From: Polyangiales bacterium
GTDB lineage: Bacteria; Myxococcota_A; Polyangia; Polyangiales; Ga0077539
NCBI GenBank assembly: GCA_044229975.1
Contig: JBGARZ010000001.1
Span: forward strand, 1,071,482-1,135,481
DNA length: 64,000 nt
Direction: 5' to 3'
Part shown: in pieces, positions 49,699 to 57,977 of the stretch
Numbering within the stretch: the first letter of the stretch is position 1
Layout: every line of letters begins with the position of its first letter
Notes under the pieces: generated by a model
Databases searched by the model: none
The model's input: only the letters and a program-made list of their open reading frames with translations
Told to the model about the DNA's origin: nothing
Made by a program: the position numbers and the translations under genes

Positions 49699-51120
49699 TC
49701 AGAAGACCCCGGAGAGGCTCAGGCCCCCCGGCGCCAGGCCGAGGTACCAGGTCGGCGCCCGCTCGAAGCGATCGGCGGCCGGAGCGTTGAGCAGCACGAT
49801 GACGCCGGCGATGGTCGCGGCGGCACCGAGGCCGGTAATGATCCCGCTGGCGATGGCGGCCCCACGCTCGCCCCCGATGCGCGCGTCGATGGCGTTGTTC
49901 TCCACCTGCGCCGCCTGACAGACGGCGATAGGCCTGACGCCGATGCCACGCCCGCACGAATCGATGACCTCGAGGTTGGCGTCGTGCGCGTTGACCGAGT
50001 CGGTGTACTGCGGGATCGCGAGGCCCATCCAGATGGCGCCGCCCACGAGCATCGCCCCGCCGACGCCGACGCCGACCCAGCCCCACGTTCGCATCCGTCG
50101 CGACTGACCTTCCACGGCGGCGCGATGCGCGGGCGTCGGCTCCAGTCGCAGGTCGAGGCGCGTCCGCCCTCTCGGCGCGAGCTCGACCGATTGGGTCACC
50201 GGCAGAAACTCCTCCCGGTCGACCCGCAGCGCGTGCCTCCCCGGCGGAACCGCCACGCTCCCGTCCATCGGCACCCGGTGTCCGTCGAGCGTCGCGTGCG
50301 CGCCCGGCTCGCTCACGCGGAGCACGAGATGCGCGCCCTCCGACTCCGGCACCGGGTCCGCCCAACGCATCGTCGCCGTCACCCGCGCGCCCGCCCCGAC
50401 CGCGTCGACCTCGGTGCGAAACGTCTCGTACCCAGGGTGCGTGACCTCCACCGAGTGGTGCCCTTCGGCGATGGCGATGGGGCTCTCCGTCGGCGTGCGC
50501 GCGACCTCGCGACCGTCGACCCGCACCGCGGCGCCCACGAGATCGCACACGACCTGTAGCGTCGAGCGTGTTGCGGGCAGGGACGCGGACACCGCCGTCC
50601 GTTGCCCACCGAGCACGTCGATCTCCGCGCGAAACGCCTCTCGGCCGGGCGCGGTCACCACCAGGCGACGCCGACCGACGGAGGCAGGGATGCCATCGCG
50701 CCAGTCGCGCTGCGTGACGCCATCGAGCTCGACGACGGCGTTGGCGGTGTCGACGGAGAGGGTGATGGTTCCGATGCGCGAGGCGAGGCGGGCGAGCGCG
50801 GCGACGATGTCGGCGCGGTGACGAGCGACGGCGGCGGGTGGTGCGAGGCGCTGGTAGCGCTCCATGAGGTCGCGCGCCTCGACGTACTCGTTGAGGTTCT
50901 CGTGGGCGGCCGCGATGTTGAAGAGCACCTCGGGGTTTTGCGAGAGCTCGTAGGCCGCACGAAACTCCGTGAGGGCGCCGCGCAGGTCGCCCTCGCCCGA
51001 GAGGCGCACACCGCGGTCGAAGTGCTCGCTGGCGGGGACGGTCTGCGCCGCCGCGACCGCGGGAGCGAGCGAGAGGACGAGCGCCACGACGGCACCCCGA
51101 GGTCGAAGGTCGATCAACAA
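49699..51120 (-). CDS. TPR + PEGA domain protein
   Basis: HFDRGVRL...ALTEFRAAYE...VLFNIA TPR; three PEGA-like repeats (GAAVRVDG...EGHHSVEVTHPGY); C-terminal TM/strand segments. Confidence 0.88.
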   Translation of the reverse strand: MLIDLRPRGAVVALVLSLAPAVAAAQTVPASEHFDRGVRLSGEGDLRGALTEFRAAYELSQNPEVLFNIAAAHENLNEYVEARDLMERYQRLAPPAAVARHRADIVAALARLASRIGTITLSVDTANAVVELDGVTQRDWRDGIPASVGRRRLVVTAPGREAFRAEIDVLGGQRTAVSASLPATRSTLQVVCDLVGAAVRVDGREVARTPTESPIAIAEGHHSVEVTHPGYETFRTEVDAVGAGARVTATMRWADPVPESEGAHLVLRVSEPGAHATLDGHRVPMDGSVAVPPGRHALRVDREEFLPVTQSVELAPRGRTRLDLRLEPTPAHRAAVEGQSRRMRTWGWVGVGVGGAMLVGGAIWMGLAIPQYTDSVNAHDANLEVIDSCGRGIGVRPIAVCQAAQVENNAIDARIGGERGAAIASGIITGLGAAATIAGVIVLLNAPAADRFERAPTWYLGLAPGGLSLSGVF

Positions 51121-51134
51121 GGGCTATTGCTCCG

Positions 51135-52550
51135 CTAGCGAAGGGGGTTGTGGTTGTCGATGCGAAGGCGACCATGGGCGCGCGGCGCCTCGGGCGCAGC
51201 GGGGGCGTGGTGTCCGTGGGATCGACGCACTGGAGCGGGCTCCTCGACCGCGACGGGCGCCACGACCGCGACGGGCGGGACGACAGGCGCGGGCGGAGGG
51301 ACCTCCGGCGCGACCGTCGGAGCCACCACAACCGTCGGAGCCAGCACGACGGGCGGGACGACCACCGTCGGCGCGGGTACACGATGAGCCACCGGGGCGG
51401 GTGCAGGCGGGGTCGAGCGTCGGGAGAGCGCAAAGAGCAGCGCGCCGATCGCCAGCGGAACGAGCACGGCCGCGACCCACCGACGACTGCGCGGGGTGAT
51501 GGGAAGCGCGACCTCGGGCGTCTCTACGGCAACGGGGACGGGCGCTGCGACGACGGCCTGGATCTCCGGCGGGAGCAGCGACACCGGACGCACACCGCTC
51601 TGCGCGTGCACGAGGCTCGCTTGCAGGGCGAGGCGAAGGGCATCGATGTCGGGAAAGCGCTCGGCGGGGTTGAGCGAGAGCGCGCGCATCACGGCGGCGG
51701 ACAGCGCGGCGGGGACGTCGGGGCGGCGGTCGATGAGCGGGGTGCCGGCGCCCTGCACCTTGGCGATGAGCATGCCGTGGAAGGTCTCGGCCTCGTGCGG
51801 AAGGCGCGCGGTCATCATCTCGTAGGCCATCGCCGCGACGGAGTACTGATCGCACGCCGGGGTGACGCCCTTCGGGTCGGTGATCTGCTCCGGGGCCATG
51901 TACGCGGGCGTCCCGACCATGGTGCCGGTGGCGGTGAGCTTGCGGTCGTCGACGAGGTTCTTGGCGATGCCGAAGTCGAGGAGCTTGGGGACCTCGACGC
52001 CGTCCTCGCTCACGAGGAAGACGTTGTCGGGCTTCACGTCGCGGTGGATGAAGCCCCGTTGATGGGCGAGGTGCAGCGCGCGGCACACCGGGTCGAGGAC
52101 CCCCACCGCCCACGCCGGGTCACCCGCCCCACCGCGCGTGATGCGATCGGCGAGCGACTCGCCGGTGAGGAGTTCCATGACGAGCCACGGGCGGCCGTGG
52201 TCGACGCCGAAGTCCATGACCTCGACGACGTGGCGGTGGCGCACGGCGTTGACCGCCCGCGCCTCCTGGATGAAGCGCTCGACCACCGAGGGGTTTCGCC
52301 CGAACTCCGGGTGCAGCACCTTGACCGCGACCCGGCGCTGGATGGCCTTGTGCTCGGCCTCGTAGACGGCCCCCATGCCTCCCTGCCCCAGCCGTCGGAT
52401 GACCTCGTAGCGACCGCCGATGGTGGTGCCCGCGGCGATCTCGGGCGGCGACTCCAGCTCGGGGCCGCTCACGCCCGGCGACGAGCCATTCAGGGCGTCC
52501 TCGACGCTGGACCGACCGTCGAGGGTTGCATCACGCGCGTGGTCTGCCAT
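51135..52550 (-). CDS. Membrane Ser/Thr protein kinase
   Basis: [38 protein letters not shown]; one TM and a Pro-rich tail. Confidence 0.95.
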   Translation of the reverse strand: MADHARDATLDGRSSVEDALNGSSPGVSGPELESPPEIAAGTTIGGRYEVIRRLGQGGMGAVYEAEHKAIQRRVAVKVLHPEFGRNPSVVERFIQEARAVNAVRHRHVVEVMDFGVDHGRPWLVMELLTGESLADRITRGGAGDPAWAVGVLDPVCRALHLAHQRGFIHRDVKPDNVFLVSEDGVEVPKLLDFGIAKNLVDDRKLTATGTMVGTPAYMAPEQITDPKGVTPACDQYSVAAMAYEMMTARLPHEAETFHGMLIAKVQGAGTPLIDRRPDVPAALSAAVMRALSLNPAERFPDIDALRLALQASLVHAQSGVRPVSLLPPEIQAVVAAPVPVAVETPEVALPITPRSRRWVAAVLVPLAIGALLFALSRRSTPPAPAPVAHRVPAPTVVVPPVVLAPTVVVAPTVAPEVPPPAPVVPPVAVVAPVAVEEPAPVRRSHGHHAPAAPEAPRAHGRLRIDNHNPLR

Positions 52551-52688
52551 CGGTGCCGTCTTCCCTCCCGCAGTGGTGCTCGCGCCGCACTCTACCTCAT
52601 CGCGCCGCCTCCGAGCCCATCCGCCGGGAGGGGCATCGGTGATAGAAAGCCCCCGCCTTCGGCTCAACTCCCATCGTGCGAGGTCTGC

Positions 52689-53437
52689 ATGTCCACCGCT
52701 GCAAGCAGTTCGACGGCGTCGGCCGTCTCGTCTGAGGTCATCACCGTGCGTTCTCCTCGCGACGGGTCGGTGCTCGCCGAGGTCGCGAAGACCGCCGTCA
52801 CCGAGATCGCGTCGCTCGAAGCACGAGCGCGGGAGGCTCAAGCCGCGTGGGGCGCGATGCCGATGTCCGAGCGCGTGCGCCGGATGAAGAACATCCGCAA
52901 CCGGTGGGCCGAGCGAGGCCTGGAACTCGCTCAGATGCTGATGAAGGAGGGCGGCAAGTCGGAGGCCGAGGCGCTGACCAGCGAGGTGCTGCCGAGCCTC
53001 AACCTCTTCGACTACTGGTGCAAGGCGGCGCCGGGCTTCCTCGCGCGCGAGCGGGTGGCGCTCGACCCGCTCAACTTCCCCAAGAAGAAGGGCTTCGTCG
53101 ACTACGAGCCCCTCGGCGTCATCGCCCTCGTCACCCCCTGGAACTACCCCTCCTCCATCCCGCTGCGCGCGCTCGTCCCGGCGCTGCTGGCGGGCAACGC
53201 GCTGCTCTGGAAGCCGAGCGAGTTCGCGCCGCTGACGGGGCAGTTCGTCTACGACATCTTCGCGCCCGACCTGCCGCCGGGTCTCATCGCGCTGGTGCAG
53301 GGCGACGCCGCGCAGGGCGAGGCCGTGATCGACGCGAAGGTCGATGGGGTGTCGTTTACGGGCAGCGCCGCGGTGGGCAAGAAGATCGCGAAGCGCACGG
53401 CCGAGCGGCTGATCCCGGTCTCATTGGAGCTGGGCGG
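52689..53437 (+). pseudogene. Aldehyde dehydrogenase, 5' fragment (interrupted by the transposon)
   Basis: EPLGVIALVTPWNYP, KPSE, FTGSAAVG, ends at VSLELGG; the frame then runs into the element and stops at 53483. Confidence 0.92.
53429..53437 (+). repeat. 9-bp target-site duplication, left copy (GCTGGGCGG)
   Basis: Identical to 62724-62732 and directly abuts the left terminal inverted repeat. Confidence 0.95.
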
Positions 53438-53456
53438 GGCTTTGCCCCTAAACGCG
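53438..53456 (+). repeat. Left terminal inverted repeat (19 bp)
   Basis: GGCTTTGCCCCTAAACGCG. Confidence 0.95.
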
Positions 53457-53804
53457 GCGCTGATCCAGAACTCGCGGAACTGATCCAAAACGTCGCATCG
53501 CGACATGACACACGGCGGCACCGCGCGGCCCCCACCACCGCCGCGCGGTGACGCGTCGCGTCCCGCGCGGCTTCGCAAGATCACCGACGCCAGCATCGCC
53601 GCGGCGCTGACGCTCGGGGCGCGGCCGTCGTGACCCACCTGCCGCGTGCCTCGGGCCACGGTCGCAACGTTCACGAAAATACTTCTGGCGAAGCGTTCGG
53701 TGATGAATCACTCGTCGGGCCTCCCCGTCGAGCCAGCACCCCGCGCTGACGGACCGAGACGGCGTCCGCAGCGCTCGGGAGGGCCGCTCGCGTGGCCCTG
53801 GCTG

Positions 53805-54110
53805 TCATCCGCGACCTTTCTTCTTCGGGGGCTTGGGGCTGCGTTCCCCTGTCGGCGGCGCCTCTGGCGTCGGCTCGGGCTTCGCCGCGGCGACCGTAAC
53901 GCTCTCCTCCGTGATGCCGAGCAGGCGGCACTCGCGGATCGCGAGCGAACGTAGCCACGTCGACACCTCCACCGAGGAGCGGCGGGCGCCCTCGACCAGC
54001 ATGGCCTTCTGCTGCGCGGTCACGCGCACGGGGATGCGGTCGTCGCGGCGCTCCGCGTCGGGCTTGCGGTGGACGGTGGCCTTCTCGGCCGGCGGGGTCT
54101 TCGAGGGCAT
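53805..54110 (-). CDS. Ribbon-helix-helix (DUF1778/MobC-like) DNA-binding protein
   Basis: RDDRIPVRVTAQQKAMLVEGARRSSVEVSTWLRSLA strand-helix-helix pattern; divergent from the transposase. Confidence 0.7.
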   Translation of the reverse strand: MPSKTPPAEKATVHRKPDAERRDDRIPVRVTAQQKAMLVEGARRSSVEVSTWLRSLAIRECRLLGITEESVTVAAAKPEPTPEAPPTGERSPKPPKKKGRG

Positions 54111-54235
54111 GGACGGGAGGCTATCGGACCTGCCGAACAATGTCCATCCGAAGGACATCCTATGTCACCACTTAGAGCGCTCTTTGTGCACACAAAGTTC
54201 CGGCAGCCCGTACCACCGGGCAACCGAGGCCCACC

Positions 54236-55549
54236 ATGACCACCGAACCCAAAGCGACTCCCGAGTCCGACTTCCGAGCGCAACGCGGCGCCACCCTCGC
54301 GCGACGGCGCGGCAAGCGCATCCGCTTCGTCGGGGGCGAGACCTACTCCGTGCCCAGCCAGAGCGGCACCAGTACCTACTGCGTCGACCTCTCCAACGGG
54401 AGCTGCACCTGCCCCGACTACGAGCTCCGTGGCGGGCCCTGCAAGCACCTTTGGGCGGTACGTATCGCCCGCGGCATGGTGGCGCCGCCCGAGGGCGCCA
54501 GCGTCGACAGCGACGACATCCTTGCCAGCGCTGCGAGCGACCGGCGCATCACCTACGAGCAGAACTGGCCCGCTTACAACCGCGCGCAGTGCGAGGAGAA
54601 GGAGCGCGTGCAGATCCTCTTGCGGGGGCTCTGCGACGGCATCGCGCAACCCCCCGCGAAGTCCACCGGGCGCCCGCGCCTCTCGCTCGCCGACGTGATC
54701 TACGGCGCGACCATGAAGGTCTACGTCACCACCAGCGGGCGGCGCGCGACCACCGACATCCGCGAGTGCGAGAAGCACGGGTTCATCGAGCAGGCCCCCG
54801 CCTACAACTCGCTCTTTCGCTACGTCGAAAACCCCGCCTTGAAGCCGCTCCTCACACGGCTCGTGGAGGAGTCGGCGATACCGCTGCGCGCGCTGGAGAC
54901 GGCCCTCGCCGCCGACTCCACGGGGTTCACCACGACCACCTACGTCCGCTGGTTCGACCACAAGCACGGCGGCGACCGGCGCGTGCAGCAGTGGGTAAAG
55001 GCGCACGCGATGGTCGGCACCGCAACCCACGTCATCACCGCCGTGACCGTCACCGAGGGCCACGACAACGACTGCCCGCAGTTCAAGCCGCTGCTCGCGA
55101 CGACGACGGGCAACGGCTTCCAGCCGAAGGAGGTGAGCGGCGACAAGGCGTACCTCTCCAACGAGAACCTCGCCGCGATCGAAGATGCTGGGGCTGTCCC
55201 GTACATCCCTTTCAAGTCCAACAGCTCGCCCACCGGAAACACGGAGGCGTGGAAGCGGCTCTGGCACTACTTCTCGTTCCACAAGGAGGAGTTCCTCAGC
55301 CGCTACCACCTGCGCTCCAACGTCGAGGCCGTCTTCTCCTCCGTGAAGCGGAAGTTCGGTGGTGCCGTGCGGTCGAAGCTGCCCGCGGCGCAGCACAACG
55401 AGGTGCTCCTCAAGTGCCTCTGCCACAACCTCTCGATGCTCGTGCACGCGATCCACGAGCTGGGCATCGACCCGAAGTTCTGGCTACCCCGACCCACGCC
55501 GCCGAAGCCAAAGCAGCCGCAGTTTCCGTGGCTGGCGGAGGTGCCGTGA
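54236..55549 (+). CDS. DDE transposase (IS5/IS903-like) with an N-terminal SWIM zinc finger
   Basis: SWIM CTCPDYELRGGPCKH; NWPAYN; catalytic ADSTG and GDKAY; YHLRSNVEAVFSSVK fits the Y-2-R-3-E-6-K signature. Confidence 0.9.
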   Translation: MTTEPKATPESDFRAQRGATLARRRGKRIRFVGGETYSVPSQSGTSTYCVDLSNGSCTCPDYELRGGPCKHLWAVRIARGMVAPPEGASVDSDDILASAASDRRITYEQNWPAYNRAQCEEKERVQILLRGLCDGIAQPPAKSTGRPRLSLADVIYGATMKVYVTTSGRRATTDIRECEKHGFIEQAPAYNSLFRYVENPALKPLLTRLVEESAIPLRALETALAADSTGFTTTTYVRWFDHKHGGDRRVQQWVKAHAMVGTATHVITAVTVTEGHDNDCPQFKPLLATTTGNGFQPKEVSGDKAYLSNENLAAIEDAGAVPYIPFKSNSSPTGNTEAWKRLWHYFSFHKEEFLSRYHLRSNVEAVFSSVKRKFGGAVRSKLPAAQHNEVLLKCLCHNLSMLVHAIHELGIDPKFWLPRPTPPKPKQPQFPWLAEVP

Positions 55550-55830
55550 TGCGCAAGTCCGACCTCTCGGTGAGTGAGCAGACGAACGTTCGCACCGCAC
55601 TCAAGTTTCTGCGTTCGCGATGCGGAGGATGGGCGCCGCTTGGCACGGCGCTGGGGATGGCAGAGACGACGCTGGCGAACGCCGCGCACGGACACAGCGG
55701 GGTCAGCGCCCGCTTGGCGTTCCGCGTCGCGCGGCTTGCCAAGGTCGGCGTCGACGACGTGCTCACCGGCCGGTTTCCGTCCGTCGGGGCGTGCCCCTAC
55801 TGCGGGCACTGCCCCGAGGTGACGACGTGA
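55549..55830 (+). CDS. Small HTH-like protein with C-terminal CPYCG
   Basis: ATG overlaps the transposase TGA; LGTALGMAETTLANAAHG...LAFRVARLAKVGVDDVL (Cro/XRE-like); CPYCGHC. Confidence 0.7.
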   Translation: MRKSDLSVSEQTNVRTALKFLRSRCGGWAPLGTALGMAETTLANAAHGHSGVSARLAFRVARLAKVGVDDVLTGRFPSVGACPYCGHCPEVTT

Positions 55831-56291
55831 ACCGCCGCGAGCTGCTCCTGGGCGAGCTGGGCAACCAGCGGGTCATCCTGCTGCCCGGCGGGCGCGTCCG
55901 CGTGGAGCCGCAGGGCGTGCTCGCGCACCCCGACATGGATGTGCCCGTCGAGGAGTACCCCTCACTGGGCGCGTTCCTCGCGGCGCACGGACGCCCGGCC
56001 AACGACACCGCGCCACCGGCCCCACCGCGCCCGCTGCCGTTGTCGCCAGAGGCTGAAGCGCGCCTCATCGACCTGCCGGACGCGCTCCGGGCGTGGGCCC
56101 GCGAGGACGCGCGCGTGCGGCTCTGCCTCACCGCTCACGTCCGCGACGCCGCGCCGCTCGCGGAGTGTCTGGCGAACGTGGTGCGCCTGCTGGGGGATGG
56201 GGGCCTCGCCGAGGTGCGCCGACGTCTCGACGACTGCGACGACCCAACGCTGCGCGCTTGGCTCGCGCCTCGCCCGGTGCCGGTCCGATGA
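55827..56291 (+). CDS. Hypothetical protein (transposon accessory)
   Basis: GTG overlaps the upstream TGA; 154 aa; no family recognised. Confidence 0.55.
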   Translation: MNRRELLLGELGNQRVILLPGGRVRVEPQGVLAHPDMDVPVEEYPSLGAFLAAHGRPANDTAPPAPPRPLPLSPEAEARLIDLPDALRAWAREDARVRLCLTAHVRDAAPLAECLANVVRLLGDGGLAEVRRRLDDCDDPTLRAWLAPRPVPVR

Positions 56292-56473
56292 CGCGCGACC
56301 GCTCCGCCCGCCTCACGTTCGGGCCCCTGCCGTTCGAGCTGTTGCCCGACGGCCGCGTGCTGGTGGCGCTGACGCCGAGCGCGGCCCCTTTCGGCGCAGT
56401 CGTCACCGGCAGCGCGCTCTACCTGTCGCTGCGCGCGTTCTTGGCGAACGCGCGAGCCCAACCACGGTCGCCG

Positions 56474-56794
56474 TCACTTGTCGTCCTTCCGAGCGCGAGG
56501 GCGTCCCGCCTTCCGCTTCGGCGGCGCGACGGTGATGGGGACGAAGAACGCCGCGGCGTCGACTCCCAGGCCGTCACAGAGCCGCGCGAGGGTCAGGGTG
56601 GTGACGTTGGTGCCGCCGAGCTCAACGCGGCGGTAGTAGGGCGGGGCCATGTCGCCGCAGCGATGGGCGGCCTCCTCCTGGGACCACCCGCGGGCCTCTC
56701 GCAGCAGACGAAGGTTGACGCCGACGCGGTCGCGCAACGCGCGATAGGTCGCGGAATCATAGAGGGGGAGACGCTTCGATCGCCTGCGTTCCAT
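56474..56794 (-). CDS. XRE family HTH transcriptional regulator
   Basis: NLRLLREARGWSQEEAAHRC...YYRRVELGGTNVTTLTLARLCDGLGV; C-terminal KRKAGRPR. Confidence 0.88.
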   Translation of the reverse strand: MERRRSKRLPLYDSATYRALRDRVGVNLRLLREARGWSQEEAAHRCGDMAPPYYRRVELGGTNVTTLTLARLCDGLGVDAAAFFVPITVAPPKRKAGRPRARKDDK

Positions 56795-56907
56795 GCGCGA
56801 GCGCAGCCACGGACAGCGACTTGCCCGACAGCACTTCAGGGATCTATTGTCAGCGCCGACGGGCGTCACGAGGGCCGCTGGGCCGGGGTCAAAGCGAGGG
56901 AGCGAGC

Positions 56908-57633
56908 ATGATGAAGTGGCGATGCTGGTGGGTGCTGTGTCTCGTGCCTGCCGTTACTGCGGCGCAGCCGCGAGGACGTCGCCGCCGGGAGCCACCAGCG
57001 CCCGCGGTGCTCGTCGTGCCCGCGGCTGCCGCGGCAACGCCATCGCCTCCGGCGGCGTCACCCGCTCCGGTCGCAACGCCCCCTCCGCCAGTCGTGCTGC
57101 CAGCGGTGCCGCCGTCGCCTCCGCCTCTGCCCACGCAGAGCGCGGGCGGCTACCTCAGCCTCCGACTGCTCGGCGGGTACGGAGTGGCGACCCAAGGGAA
57201 CGCAGGCAACGAGAACGCGAGCCTCGGCGGCGGGGTCGCGTACACGTTCGGAACGCGCATCTCGCTCGGCGCCGAAGCCCTCTACCACTTCGGCTCCTCC
57301 AGTTCGTTCTCCGGCGGCACCCTGTCCTCGTCCGCCGTGTGGGTCGGCGGGCAGTTGGGGTTCGACGTCCTTGTGGGGCCGTTGATGATTCGGCCCTACG
57401 CCTTGGGTGGCGCGATGATCGAGACGCACGAGTGCATGGGCTGCTCGGCGCCCACGGGCTTCGTGCGGACACCCGCGCCGGAGTCGGGCCCTCACGCGGC
57501 ACTCGGGGCCGGCCTCGGCCTCCACCTGCTCGCGTCGGCGTTCTTTTTCGGTGTCGACGGTCGGGTACTGGGAGTCCTCGACCGCGGCGTGGCCCTCACG
57601 GCGCTCGGGACGATCGGCGTGCGCATTCGGTAG
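56908..57633 (+). CDS. Exported protein with a Pro-rich linker and small outer-membrane beta-barrel-like domain
   Basis: Signal peptide ending TAA; poly-Pro linker; about 8 alternating strands (GGGVAYTF, LGAEALYHF, GQLGFDV, IRPYALGG, TIGVRIR). Confidence 0.7.
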   Translation: MMKWRCWWVLCLVPAVTAAQPRGRRRREPPAPAVLVVPAAAAATPSPPAASPAPVATPPPPVVLPAVPPSPPPLPTQSAGGYLSLRLLGGYGVATQGNAGNENASLGGGVAYTFGTRISLGAEALYHFGSSSSFSGGTLSSSAVWVGGQLGFDVLVGPLMIRPYALGGAMIETHECMGCSAPTGFVRTPAPESGPHAALGAGLGLHLLASAFFFGVDGRVLGVLDRGVALTALGTIGVRIR

Positions 57634-57977
57634 GGGGCTCGCTGCGCAAGGCGAAGTCCTACGCTGGTCGGTCAAATCGACGCTCTGGAGGAGTGGGGCG
57701 GCAAACTCCTCGAACCAGCCAAGCCGATGTAATAGCGGCAGAAACACATCGCCGATCGGGACAGCTAATGTCCCGCCGGGCCTTGCAGGCCCGCCGCAAC
57801 ACTGTACACCCTTTCAGTCCCAGGCCGAACACTGCCTGCCACACCTCACCGCCGAGAACTGCCATGCGTAGGAGTAGATTCGCCGAATCTTTGCCAGACA
57901 TCCTTCCGGGCCTGTCTGATACGTTCGCTGGTGTTCGTCGCGAGCCTTCATCTGAGGAACGCCGGGAGACCGTGTGC

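Noticed and set aside
53833..55548. Long 665-aa + strand ORF overlapping the transposase
   Set aside because: It is an Arg/Pro-rich off-frame shadow; only its last 93 codons (from ATG 55549) look like a real protein.
56288..56911. Possible further accessory ORF (MTRDRSARLTFG...)
   Set aside because: The start overlaps the upstream stop and the first ~60 aa are plausible, but the frame runs antisense through the whole XRE gene, so it is not called as a CDS.
56793..57977. N-terminal 395-aa extension of the methyltransferase ORF
   Set aside because: It overlaps the beta-barrel-like gene in another frame and is low-complexity; a start at 57864 or 57978 is more plausible.
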